64,000 nt of DNA, taken from assembly GCA_047602405.1 (NCBI GenBank), contig JASGHJ010000002.1, forward strand, positions 1,344,001 through 1,408,000, in the 5' to 3' direction. This document shows, piece by piece, positions 1-10,541 of the stretch; positions within the stretch are counted from its first letter, which is position 1, and the number at the start of each line of letters is the position of its first letter. Made by a program: the position numbers and the translations under genes. This DNA comes from Anaeromyxobacteraceae bacterium (GTDB lineage Bacteria > Myxococcota > Myxococcia > Myxococcales > Anaeromyxobacteraceae). The notes under the pieces were generated by a model, which did no database searches, was not told the DNA's origin, and saw only the letters and a program-made list of their open reading frames with translations.

Positions 1-552
1 CGGCAGCGGGCCCCGGCCCGCGCCGACGACGCCTCGGTGGCGCTCCTCGAGCACGCCGACCCGGACGTGCGCGCCGAGTCGCTCCTCGCGCTCGCCCACG
101 CCGAGCGGCGCGTGCCGGCCGCCTCGCTCCTGAAGCTGCTCTCCGCCCCGCAGGAGAAGCTGCGGATCGCCGCGGCGGTCGCGCTCGAGCACCACGGCGA
201 CGCCGCGGCGGCGCGCGCGGTGGCCGCCGCGCTCACCGAGAAGAAGGGGCTCTCGAACGCGGAGGCCGAGGCGCTCGGCCGGACGCTCGCGAAGCTGCAC
301 CCGGGGGTGGCCGTCCGGCTCTTCGAGGAGTGGCTGGAGGAGAAGAAGGGGCTCCTGTCCGCGCTGAAGGGCGGCCTCGGGCGCGAGTCGGACCCGCTGC
401 GCTGGGCCGCGGTGGCCGGGTTCGGGGTCATGCCGGGCGAGGAGGCCGAGGTCCGCATCCAGGCGGTCGCGCTCAAGGCCGGCCCGGAGCTCAAGCGGCA
501 CTGCGCGGCGACGCTCGCGCGGCGCAGGGCGGAGGGCCGCAGGAATGGATGA
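1..552 (+). CDS. HEAT/PBS-lyase-like repeat protein, C-terminal part (5' end outside window)
   Basis: Frame is open from base 1. Repeated helical motifs (LLEHADPDVRAESLLAL, LRIAAAVAL, LRWAAVAGFG). Overlaps the next gene by 8 nt. Confidence 0.7.
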   Translation, partial: RQRAPARADDASVALLEHADPDVRAESLLALAHAERRVPAASLLKLLSAPQEKLRIAAAVALEHHGDAAAARAVAAALTEKKGLSNAEAEALGRTLAKLHPGVAVRLFEEWLEEKKGLLSALKGGLGRESDPLRWAAVAGFGVMPGEEAEVRIQAVALKAGPELKRHCAATLARRRAEGRRNG

Positions 553-1888
553 GCTGGCGAGGGCACAGGCGGACCTCGGGCGCGCGATCGGCCGCGCCCG
601 CTCCGGTGAGGACCGGGAGCTCGCGAACCAGGTGCGCGAGCGGGGCGAGCAGGTCGCGACCCTGCTCTCCGGCCTCCTCAAGCTGAACCGCGTCCACGCC
701 GCCGACAACCACGCCTTCGACGCGCCGGTGGCCGAGCTCGTCCGGGCGCTCGCGGCGCTCGACGACCTCATCGGCGTCGTCCACCTCGTGACCGTCGAGG
801 ACCAGGTCTACGTCAACGACGTCCGGGTCCGCACCGACGGACGGAGCGGCGCGAAGGAGCTCGGGGCCGAGCTGCGCAAGCACAACGTCGGCGGGGTCTC
901 GTTCCACCGGCCGCTCTCCGACGCCCAGATCCGCAAGCTGGTCTCGGCGTTCGCGGCCGAGCCCAACCCCTCGTCCCCGCGCGCGGCGCTCACCCAGCGG
1001 ATCGTGCGGGAGGGGCTCGCGGTGGTGGAGCTCCAGGGCATCTTCCGCTTCAAGACCCAGCTCGACGAGGGCGAGCGCGACCGCGCGCCCGACCTCGTGG
1101 CGGCGCGGCTGCTCGCGCTCGTCGCGGACGCCTTCGAGGCGGTCGGATTGGGGCGCGCGCTCAACCCGCTGCCGCTCCGGCGGGCGGTGCTGCAGGCCGT
1201 GGAGATCGGCTTCGCGGTCCCGGCGTTCTGGGCGCCCTTCAGCGACCACGCGCCCCACGCGGCGCACGCCGCGGAGGTGGCCTTCGTCGCGCTCGTGACC
1301 GGGCGCGCGGCGGGCTTCCCGGTGGCGTTCCTGCAGGACCTCGGGATCGCCGCGCTCGTCCACGACGCGGGCTACCTCGCGCCCGGGATGGGCGACGACC
1401 TTGCGTCGCTGCACCGCCACGGTGTCGAGGGGGCGCGGGTGCTGCTCCGTCAGCGCGGGTTCCACGAGGCGAAGGTCCGCCGGCTCCGGGCGATCCTCGA
1501 GCACCACCGGGACTTCGCCGGCCCGGCCGGCCCCCCCTCGGCGGCGGGCGCCATCCTGCGGCTCGCCGAGGACTACGTGAACGCCGTGCGGCTCTACGGG
1601 GCGAAGGTGACCCGCGGGCAGGCGCTCTCGGCGGTGGCGCGCGCGGCCGGGACCCTCTACCACCCGGCGCTCGCGCAGGTGATGGTCAACACGCTCGGGA
1701 TGCACCCCCCGGGCACGCTCCTCGAGCTGGGGGACGGGCGCGTCGTCCGCGTCGCGTACCCGCCCGCCTCGCGCGAGCGCTTCGCGCGCCCGGCGGTGCA
1801 GCACACCCAGCCCGGCACCCGCCTGCCGGCGGGGCCGGTGTTCGACCTCGAGCCCGGCGATCAGGTCCGCCGCGCGCTCCCGGGGTAG
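545..1888 (+). CDS. HD-GYP-like metal-dependent phosphohydrolase domain protein (degenerate)
   Basis: LGIAALVHDAG (HD), HGVEGARVL, AILEHH and a C-terminal PPGTLLELGDG motif. No GYP motif visible. Confidence 0.65.
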   Translation: MDELARAQADLGRAIGRARSGEDRELANQVRERGEQVATLLSGLLKLNRVHAADNHAFDAPVAELVRALAALDDLIGVVHLVTVEDQVYVNDVRVRTDGRSGAKELGAELRKHNVGGVSFHRPLSDAQIRKLVSAFAAEPNPSSPRAALTQRIVREGLAVVELQGIFRFKTQLDEGERDRAPDLVAARLLALVADAFEAVGLGRALNPLPLRRAVLQAVEIGFAVPAFWAPFSDHAPHAAHAAEVAFVALVTGRAAGFPVAFLQDLGIAALVHDAGYLAPGMGDDLASLHRHGVEGARVLLRQRGFHEAKVRRLRAILEHHRDFAGPAGPPSAAGAILRLAEDYVNAVRLYGAKVTRGQALSAVARAAGTLYHPALAQVMVNTLGMHPPGTLLELGDGRVVRVAYPPASRERFARPAVQHTQPGTRLPAGPVFDLEPGDQVRRALPG

Positions 1889-2055
1889 GGCGGACGGATC
1901 GCGAGCGATCCGCGCCGGCGTCCGGGCGCACCCGAACGCGAGATGCGAGGGCTGCTGCCGTGAGGCTAGCCTGTCCGAGGATCCCCGGCGCGCGCCCAGG
2001 GCCCGCGAGGAGTGACGGCGACGCGCCGGGCGCCCCCGAGGAAGGGAGCCTCACC

Positions 2056-2451
2056 ATGACGCTGGTCGCGGAGGCGATGCGCCGGGCGTTCACCACCGTG
2101 TCGGCGGACGCCACCGTGGCGGAGGCGAGCCGGCTCGCGGCGCGCGAGGGTGCCGAGCACCTGCTCGTGGTCGAGGCCGACAACCTCGTCGGCATGGTCT
2201 GCTGCACGTGCGATCTCTCGGACGCGCCCGCGGACGAGGCGGTCGCGGATCGGATGACGGTGCCGGTGTTCACCGTCCGTCCGGACGCCTCCCTGGAGGA
2301 GGCGGCGCTCACGATGCGTGACTGCCGGGTCGGGTGCCTGCCGGTCGCGGCCGGCGGGCTCCTGCTCGGCGTGCTCACCGCGGACGACGTCGCGGGCGTG
2401 GCGGTCGCGCCGCCGCGCCCCCGCGCCTGCCACCACCACCGGCGTTCCTGA
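2056..2451 (+). CDS. CBS-domain protein
   Basis: CBS pair (VAEAMRR...TVSADATV; VADRMT...VRPDASLEEAA...VGCLPV). ATG at 2056 follows a GGGAG RBS. Confidence 0.8.
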   Translation: MTLVAEAMRRAFTTVSADATVAEASRLAAREGAEHLLVVEADNLVGMVCCTCDLSDAPADEAVADRMTVPVFTVRPDASLEEAALTMRDCRVGCLPVAAGGLLLGVLTADDVAGVAVAPPRPRACHHHRRS

Positions 2452-2454
2452 TCG

Positions 2455-2470
2455 GGGCGCGGCCCTTGCT
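2455..2470 (+). promoter_or_regulatory. Candidate sigma54 (-24/-12) promoter
   Basis: GGGCGCGGCCCTTGCT = GG-N10-GC, upstream of the CBS gene at 2509. It forms one arm of a hairpin with GCAAGGGCC (~2482-2490). Confidence 0.5.
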
Positions 2471-2508
2471 TTCCCTCCGGTGCAAGGGCCCGGGGGAGGG
2501 GCTGCTCG

Positions 2509-2976
2509 ATGCGCAGGCAGGACGGGGAGGCCGGGGTTCCGTGTCGCGGGGTCACCGCGGCCGTGCGTCGCTACATGACCGCCTCACCCGTGGTCATCGC
2601 GCCCGGCGCGTCGCTCGCCGAGGCGCACGACGTCATGCGATCCCGTCGCATCCGGCACCTGCCCGTGGTGCGCGACGGCGCGCTGGTCGGCGTCGTCTCG
2701 CAGCGCGACGTCTACCTCGTGGAGACGCTCCGCGGCGTCGATCCGGCCGTCGCGTGCGTCGAGGAGGCCATGTCGCCCGACCCGTACGCCGTCTCGCCCG
2801 AGGCGCCGCTCCACGAGGTGGCCCTCGAGATGGCACGCCGTCGCATCGGCTCGGCGATCGTCGTGAGCCGGGGCGCGGTCGTCGGCCTCTTCACGACGGT
2901 GGACGCGCTGGGGGCCCTCGGGGCACTCGCCCGGGGGAGGCTCCCGGGCGGGAGGGCGGAGGGGGCCAGACGATGA
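2509..2976 (+). CDS. CBS-domain protein
   Basis: VRRYMTASPVVI, IRHLPVV, LVGVVSQRD, VEEAMSPDP, IGSAIVV, GLFTTVDAL. Start codon uncertain. Confidence 0.85.
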   Translation: MRRQDGEAGVPCRGVTAAVRRYMTASPVVIAPGASLAEAHDVMRSRRIRHLPVVRDGALVGVVSQRDVYLVETLRGVDPAVACVEEAMSPDPYAVSPEAPLHEVALEMARRRIGSAIVVSRGAVVGLFTTVDALGALGALARGRLPGGRAEGARR

Positions 2977-3065
2977 GGCGAATTGACGCAACTGCTGCAT
3001 CGCGTCGCCCGGAGAGCGCAACTTCCGCGCCCGAAGCGCTCAAAACATCAGTTTCGGCGGACGGC

Positions 3066-3398
3066 ATGAGCCGTGAATCAATGGAGGGCATGGGTCGGAT
3101 CGAGGCAGATGCCCGCGAGGCGCTGCTGCGGAGGCGGCGCTCGCTCAGCCAGGCCGCGATGCCCGCGCACGCCCACGATCCGGAGTCCCGGTGGCTCGAC
3201 TGGGAGGGCCACCCGGCCCCCCCGACCGAGGGCATCCGCCGCGAGCTCGTCGAGATCGAGGCGGCCCTCGCCCGCATCAAGGACGGCCGCTACGGCGTCT
3301 GCCTCGCCTGCGGTGGCCCGATGGGCCTGCAGCGCCTCCGGGCCATCCCCGAGGCGCGCTACTGCCTCGCGTGCAGCGGCCACGGGCCGAACGAGTGA
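3066..3398 (+). CDS. TraR/DksA C4-type zinc-finger protein
   Basis: IEAALARIKDGRYGVCLACG...RLRAIPEARYCLAC. Start chosen among several in-frame ATGs (2973, 3066, 3081, 3090). Confidence 0.85.
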   Translation: MSRESMEGMGRIEADAREALLRRRRSLSQAAMPAHAHDPESRWLDWEGHPAPPTEGIRRELVEIEAALARIKDGRYGVCLACGGPMGLQRLRAIPEARYCLACSGHGPNE

Positions 3399-4066
3399 CC
3401 CCCGCGACGTCGGCGGCGCCGGTCCTCGCCTACGTCCTCGGCGAGGCGCTCTACCTCAACCTGACGAGCGCGTGCACGCTCCGCTGCACGTTCTGCCCGA
3501 AGATCCGCGACGGTGACTTCACCGTGGGTGGCTACGACCTGCGCCTCGACGCCGCGCCCGGCGCCGACGAGGTGTGGGCGGCGGCCTGCGCCGCAGGGCT
3601 GCGTGGCCGCGCGGAGGTGGTGTTCACCGGCTTCGGCGAGCCCACCCGGCGGCTCGAGGTGCTCCTCGAGCTCGTCCGGCGCCTCAAGGCCGCCGGCGTG
3701 CCGCGCGTGCGGCTCGACACCGACGGGCTCGCGAGCCTGCGCGAGGGCGAGGACGTGGTGCCGCGCCTCGCGGCGGCGGGGCTGGACGCGGTGTCGGTCT
3801 CGCTCAACGCGCCCGACGCGACGACCTACGCGCGGCTCTGTCCGAGCGCCCACGGCGAGGCGGCCTGGGACGCGGTCCGGGCGTTCATCCGGAGCGCGGT
3901 CGGGCGCATCCCGGACGTGGCGGCGAGCGCGGTCGCGCACCCGGACGTCCCGGAGGCGGCCTGCCGGCGCGAGGCGGAGGCGCTCGGGGCCCGGTTCCGT
4001 TGGCGCCCCTACGACAGGGTCGGTCGGGACGACGCCTCGAGCCCGGTGCCCCCGTCGCAGCGCTGA
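3395..4066 (+). CDS. Radical SAM protein, TatD-associated type
   Basis: LYLNLTSACTLRCTFC (CxxxCxxC), EVVFTGFGEPT, SVSLNAPD. GTG overlaps the upstream stop. Confidence 0.85.
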   Translation: MTPATSAAPVLAYVLGEALYLNLTSACTLRCTFCPKIRDGDFTVGGYDLRLDAAPGADEVWAAACAAGLRGRAEVVFTGFGEPTRRLEVLLELVRRLKAAGVPRVRLDTDGLASLREGEDVVPRLAAAGLDAVSVSLNAPDATTYARLCPSAHGEAAWDAVRAFIRSAVGRIPDVAASAVAHPDVPEAACRREAEALGARFRWRPYDRVGRDDASSPVPPSQR

Positions 4067-4160
4067 CCCGTGGTGCGCCCCCGGCGGGGCGGCGTGGCGC
4101 CTTTTCCGGCGTGCATCCGGGGGCTTCCGGGACTATTCGAGTGGACGGGCCTCGGGGATC

Positions 4161-4175
4161 TGGTGCATAACGTGC
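4161..4175 (+). promoter_or_regulatory. Possible sigma54 promoter of the NtrC-family gene
   Basis: TGGTGCATAACGTGC = GG-N10-GC, an imperfect match. Confidence 0.35.
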
Positions 4176-4227
4176 GCGGCCCGCATCCTTTGCAGTCCGC
4201 CGCCTTCGCGCGAGCAGGAGAACCGTC

Positions 4228-5652
<1,425 letters not shown>

Positions 5653-5676
5653 TTCCCTCTCCGTCGTCTCTGTCCC

Positions 5677-5983
5677 GTTGGCATGCGTGACCGTGGGGGC
5701 GAAACGCGCCTCCGCGACGGCGCTTGCTCGGACGGGTTTGAGACGGAGCAGATCGCCGGAACCGTTGCCGTTCCAGGGCGGTGATCGGCGGCAGCAGGCC
5801 TGCGGTTGAGTTGCGCGTGACGGCACGGCGCGCTTCGCGCGCCATGCCGCCACACGCCCACATCCCTTGGCCTGCAATGCTGCGATGTGGAGACGGAACC
5901 TCGCCCGTCGCTCGCTGCGCGCCGCTGCGGAGGCGCGTTTCGCCCTTGGGCCGAGCGGACCAAGGTCGGCCGATACTGCTGGG
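5677..5983. ncRNA. Candidate structured non-coding element, copy A (inverted relative to copy B)
   Basis: Imperfect reverse complement of 6063-6369. Perfect 19-bp closing stem 5697-5715/5927-5945 and a long internal hairpin at ~5790-5885. Confidence 0.55.
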
Positions 5984-6062
5984 GTGCAAGTGCGGAACTA
6001 ACGTTGAAGAAGATGAGGCGAACGCGAACGCCCACGCCAAATCGTCAGTCGTTCACCAGGAA

Positions 6063-6369
6063 CCCGGCAGTTTCGGACGCACCATCGTGCTCCACGCCCG
6101 AGAGCCAAACGGGCCTCCGCAGCAGCGCGCAGCGAGCGACGGGCGAGGTCCCGTCACCACATCTCGCATTGCAGGCCAAGGAACCATCGCGCGGGGACGG
6201 CGCCGTGCGCTCGAGCGCACGACGCCGTCACGCGCACATGGTCCGCAGGCCTGCTGCGCGATCACCGCCGTGGAACAGCAACGGTTCCGGCGATCTGTTC
6301 CGTCTCAAACCCGTCCGAGCAAGCGCTGTCGCGGAGGCCCGTTTGGCTCCCACGGACACGTATGCCGAC
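6063..6369. ncRNA. Candidate structured non-coding element, copy B
   Basis: Perfect 19-bp closing stem 6102-6120/6331-6349 with three compensated differences from copy A. Long internal hairpin at ~6164-6261. Confidence 0.55.
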
Positions 6370-6408
6370 AGCAGGAGGCCCGTTTGGCTCCCACGGACAC
6401 GTCTGCCG
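6333..6408 (+). repeat. Tandem direct repeat, 2 x 35 bp (41-bp period)
   Basis: GGAGGCCCGTTTGGCTCCCACGGACACGT(A/C)TGCCG at 6333-6367 and 6374-6408, one mismatch. Confidence 0.9.
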
Positions 6409-6440
6409 GCTGAGGGCGCCCTGGATGGATGGATGGGGGC

Positions 6441-7571
6441 TCACCCGCCCGCCATCACCGGCAGCTTCAGCTCGAACCGGGCGCCGCCGAGGGGCGACTC
6501 GTCGACGTGGATCGTGCCGCCGTGCTGGACGACGATGGCGTGCACGATCGAGAGCCCGAGCCCGGACCCCTTGGCCTTCGTCGTGAAGAACGGCTCGAAC
6601 ACGCGGTCGCGCACGCCCTCCGGGACGCCCGGCCCGTCGTCGTCGAGATCGATGAGGACGTGGGCGCCCGCGTCGGCGGTGGCGTCGGGGTCCGCGGCGA
6701 GGGGGCGGCAGGAGACGCGGACGCGGCCGCCGTCGCCCACGGCCTCGAGGGCGTTCAGGCCGAGGTTCACGAGCACCTGGCGCAGGCGCTCCTCGTCGCC
6801 CGGGATGGGCGGGCAGGGGACGAGGTCGCGATCCAGCTTGACGCCGCGGCGCTCGGCCTCGACCTCGAGGAGATCGAGCACCTTGCGCACCACCGGGACC
6901 ACCTCGACGGGCTTCGGGGCGAAGTCGCGCGGGCGGGCGAACTGGAGGAAGTCCTCCAGGATGTGATCCAGGCGGCGGATCTCGTCGCGCACCAGCGTGA
7001 GCGGCTCGAGGAGCGGGCCCTGAACGTCCCGCTCCATCTTCCGGATGCGGCGCTCGAGCACCGAGAGCTGGAGGGCGGCGGCGTTGAGCGGGTTGCGGAT
7101 CTCGTGGGAGAGGCCCGCGGTCATGGTGCCCACCGCCGCGAGCTTCTCGACCATCTGGGCGCGGCGGGCGAGCTCGCGCTTCTCGCCGTGCAGGCGGACC
7201 TGCCGGAGCGCCTGCTCGACGGTGACGAGGAGCTCCTGGGTGGCGCAGGGCTTCACGAGGTAGGCGCAGGCGCCGGCGCGCACCGCCGCCACGGCGGACT
7301 CGATGGTGGCGAAGCCGGTGAGGAGCACCACCTCGCCGTCGGGCTCGAGCGCCTTGAGGCGCGGGGCGAGGGCGGTGCCGTCGCCGTCGGGGAGCTTGAG
7401 ATCCACGAGCGCGACGTCGAAGCCCTCCGAGGCGGCGGTCAGCGCGCCCGCGCAGGTGCCCGCGCCCTGGACGGCGTAGCCGGCCGAGCTCAGGATCTCC
7501 GAGAGGTTCTCCACCAGCACCTCGTTGTCGTCGACGACGAGGAGCCTCGGGCGCCGCGCGGCCTCGCTCAC
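6441..7571 (-). CDS. Receiver-histidine kinase hybrid (REC-HisKA-HATPase)
   Basis: LLVVDDN, VDLKLPD, SHEIRNPL, NLGLNA, DDGPG, FEPFFTTK, GSGLGL. GTG at 7571 overlaps the upstream stop. Confidence 0.9.
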   Translation of the reverse strand: MSEAARRPRLLVVDDNEVLVENLSEILSSAGYAVQGAGTCAGALTAASEGFDVALVDLKLPDGDGTALAPRLKALEPDGEVVLLTGFATIESAVAAVRAGACAYLVKPCATQELLVTVEQALRQVRLHGEKRELARRAQMVEKLAAVGTMTAGLSHEIRNPLNAAALQLSVLERRIRKMERDVQGPLLEPLTLVRDEIRRLDHILEDFLQFARPRDFAPKPVEVVPVVRKVLDLLEVEAERRGVKLDRDLVPCPPIPGDEERLRQVLVNLGLNALEAVGDGGRVRVSCRPLAADPDATADAGAHVLIDLDDDGPGVPEGVRDRVFEPFFTTKAKGSGLGLSIVHAIVVQHGGTIHVDESPLGGARFELKLPVMAGG

Positions 7572-8278
7572 GTGAGGGTGGACTTCTTCGCGGCGTGGAG
7601 CTTCTCGACCGCGCCGAGGAGCGCGCCGGTGTCGAACGGCTTCTGGAACATCCCGTGGTGCGGGAGCGCGGGCGGGTCGTGCAGCGCGGTCACGACGATG
7701 AGCGGCATGTCCGGGTAGCGGGCGGCGAGCCGCCGGAGCGCCTCGCCGTCCGGGCCGCCCGGGACCCGGAGGTCCACGAGCGCGCAGAGCGGCTGCACCG
7801 GCCCGAGCGCGTCGGCCTCGGCGACCGAGCCGGCGGTGACCGGCGCGAAGCCGCGGGCGCGCAGCGCCTCGGCCACGTTGTCGGAGAGGCGGGCGTCGTC
7901 CTCGACCACGAGCACCACCGCGTCGCGCCGGGCCACCTCGAGGAGCTCCACGAGCCGCTCGACCGGCACCGGCTTCGGCATCACCGCGAGGATGCCCTCC
8001 GCGCGGGCGTTCGCGAGCGCCTCGTCCGAGACGTGGGCGGTGATGACCATCGCCGCCGCCCCGGGATCGATGCGCCGGATCTCGTGCACCACCTCGGCGC
8101 CGCCCATGACGGGCATGCGCATGTCGGTGAGGAGCGCGTCGAACTTCTGCTTGCGGGCCTGGTCGATGGCCTCGGGCCCCGACTCCGCCACGACCACGTC
8201 GTCGCCGCGGTCGCGCAGGATCTCCGCGAGGTTCTCGGCGAAGTCCCGGTTGTCGTCCACGATGAGGTACCGGCGCAT
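7568..8278 (-). CDS. Dual receiver-domain response regulator (probable cognate of the globin-coupled kinase)
   Basis: Two REC domains (LIVDDN...TDMRMP...KP; LVVEDD...VDLRVP...KPF), directly downstream of the globin kinase. Confidence 0.9.
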   Translation of the reverse strand: MRRYLIVDDNRDFAENLAEILRDRGDDVVVAESGPEAIDQARKQKFDALLTDMRMPVMGGAEVVHEIRRIDPGAAAMVITAHVSDEALANARAEGILAVMPKPVPVERLVELLEVARRDAVVLVVEDDARLSDNVAEALRARGFAPVTAGSVAEADALGPVQPLCALVDLRVPGGPDGEALRRLAARYPDMPLIVVTALHDPPALPHHGMFQKPFDTGALLGAVEKLHAAKKSTLT

Positions 8279-8289
8279 CTCGTCCCCCT

Positions 8290-9421
8290 CTAGGCCGGCA
8301 GGCGGATGGTGAACCGCGCCCCGCCCCCCGGCCGTTCGTCATAGGTGATGGTGCCGCCGTGGCGCTCCACGATCCGCTTCACGAGCGCGAGCCCGAGCCC
8401 GATGCCCTTGGCCTTGGTGGTGATGAGGGGCTCGAACAGCCGCCGCCGCGTGGCCGGGTCCACGCCGGGCCCGGTGTCGTCCACCACGAGCTCGATCTGG
8501 GCGTCGGCCCGGCGCCCGCGCACGCCGACGACGCCCTTCGCCCCCGCAGCGTACACCGCGTTCTCGACGAGGTTCACGAGCACCTGGCGCAGCTGCCCCG
8601 CGTCGCCCGACAGGACCGGGAGCTCGGCGAGCTCGAGCTCGAGCGCGACCTCCGGGGGGCGCTTCACCGACTCGACCACGTCGCGCACGAGGGCGTCGAG
8701 CCGGACGTCGGCGCGCGCGAGCGGGCGGTCCCGGATCATGTCGAGCAGGTTCGTGATGATCCCGTTCGCCACCCCGAGCTGCTCGCCGATGCGGTTGATG
8801 TGCTTCGCGGTGCGCTCGTCGACGTCGCCCTTCGACCTCAGGATGTAGAGCGAGGTCTCGATCACGCCGAGCGGGTTGCGCAGGTCGTGGCCGATCGAGC
8901 CCACGAGCTGACCGAAGGTCGAGAGCCGCTCCACCCGCGCCTGCTGGGCGAGCATGTCGTCGCGGTACGTGTGCAGCATGATGGCGAGCTCGAGGTCGAG
9001 GATTCTTGCCGACCGAGGAGCGGAGCTTGTCGAGCGCGTCGCCGTGGAAGTGGGCGCGCGCGACCCGGTCGAGCTCGTCCCGGTGCACGTTCATCGCCCC
9101 GAACATGTAGTGCTGGGGGAGGCCGATGCGGACGTGGATCCGGCCGATCTTGTACCGCTCGTTCCAGTAGTCCTCGTCCCACGGCCCGAGGAGGAGGCGG
9201 TCCAGCCAGGCCACCATCGTGACCTTGAGGTGGCCGACCGAGCTCTCGCCCCCGACGAGGGCCTTCTTCGCCTCCTCGTGGTTGAGGATCCGGTCGTAGA
9301 AGACCTCCGCCATGCGCTGGAACTCCGGCGCGGCGACCGGGTGGAACGCCCGGAGGCGCTCCTCGTCGGCCGTGTCGAAGAGGACGTACCGCTTCAGCTC
9401 CGCGAGCACGGTCTCGGGCAT
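8290..9421 (-). CDS. gchK: Globin-coupled O2-sensor histidine kinase (AfGcHK-like); apparent 1-nt frameshift at 9001-9005
   Basis: N-terminal sensor globin ([26 protein letters not shown]). Removing one base in GATTC restores [18 protein letters not shown] into the GHDLRNPL kinase domain. Confidence 0.9.
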
Positions 9422-9505
9422 CCTCCGGGCTAGATAACCCGGGACCCGGGCGCATTCCAGCGCCTCGGGACCCCGCGGCCCGTGGAGGGGGCGGCCACGA
9501 AGGTG

Positions 9506-9943
9506 TCAGGAGGCCGGGCCGGACCCACCGTCCGCGTGGACGGCCTGGGCGACCAGGTCCAGGTCCCGCACGACGTCGGCGGCGAAGCGCACGAAGTCCG
9601 CCTCCGTGACGATGCCGACGAGCCCGCCCCGGGCGTCGCAGACCGGAAGGCACCCGAACTTCCGCTCGAGCATGAGCTGGGCCGCCTGGGCGAGCCCGGT
9701 ACCCGGCCGGACCGTCTCGACCGCGCGGGTCATGATCTCGCAGACGGGCCGCTCCCTCGGGGAGGGCGCCGCCGCGGCCCGGAGCAGGTCCCGGTGGGTG
9801 ACGAGCCCGACGAGCCGCCCCTCCTGCACGACGGGGAGGTGGCGGATGCCGCCGAGGCGCAGGAGCGACTCCGCGAGCGCGACGTCGTCGGTGGCGCGCA
9901 CCGTGACGAGGTCCCGCGTCATGAAGTCCTCGACCGCGATCAC
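9506..9943 (-). CDS. CBS-domain protein
   Basis: VEDFMTRDLVTV, IRHLPVV, FGCLPV, GIVTEADF. Confidence 0.88.
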   Translation of the reverse strand: MIAVEDFMTRDLVTVRATDDVALAESLLRLGGIRHLPVVQEGRLVGLVTHRDLLRAAAAPSPRERPVCEIMTRAVETVRPGTGLAQAAQLMLERKFGCLPVCDARGGLVGIVTEADFVRFAADVVRDLDLVAQAVHADGGSGPAS

Positions 9944-9947
9944 GGGC

Positions 9948-10370
9948 TCAATGTACCACCAGCACGGGCCGCGGGCTGATGTGCACGAGCCGGTCGGAGG
10001 TGCTGCCGAGGAACATCCGCGCGACCGCGCCGTTGCCCCGGCTCCCGACCACGATCATGCCGACGTCGCTCGCCGCGCCCTCCTCGGCGATCGCCTCGGC
10101 CGGCGAGCCGTAGAGCACCGCGGTGGAGATCTCGAGGCCGGACTCGTCGAGGCTCGAGACCGCCTTCTCGAGCAGCCGGTCGGCGTACGCGCGGTGCTCC
10201 TTCTCGACCTCCGCGATGGTGAGGCCGTAGACGTCCGGGGGCAGGAGGAGCTTCGGGACGACGTGGACGAGCGTGAGCTTCGCCCCGAACCTGAGCGCGA
10301 TGTCGGCGGCCATCCGCGCCGCCTTCTGGGCGGGGTCGGAGCCGTCGATCGCGACGAGGATGCGCTTCAT
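9948..10370 (-). CDS. Universal stress protein (UspA family)
   Basis: MKRILVAIDGS...DVGMIVVGSRG...FLGSTS...PVLVV. Confidence 0.93.
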   Translation of the reverse strand: MKRILVAIDGSDPAQKAARMAADIALRFGAKLTLVHVVPKLLLPPDVYGLTIAEVEKEHRAYADRLLEKAVSSLDESGLEISTAVLYGSPAEAIAEEGAASDVGMIVVGSRGNGAVARMFLGSTSDRLVHISPRPVLVVH

Positions 10371-10541
10371 GGGGACCCCCTCGAGCGAGTTCCAGCGTGG
10401 CTGGATCGTACAAGGAGGATGCCCGGGGGTGGCCGTGGCGCGGCGTCGCTGCGACCGGAGGTCGCACGGGCGCCACGGTCGAAAACAGAACGGCCGGCCG
10501 CGCGGGACGCGCGTCCGGCCGCTCGCCGAGAAGGCCGCGTG

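Noticed and set aside
6333..6408. 35-bp direct repeats as a CRISPR array
   Set aside because: Only two copies with a 6-bp spacer, and no cas genes in the window.
6423..6436. (GGAT)n microsatellite as a phase-variation tract
   Set aside because: Only about 3.5 units, located downstream of a stop codon, with no promoter or ORF context.
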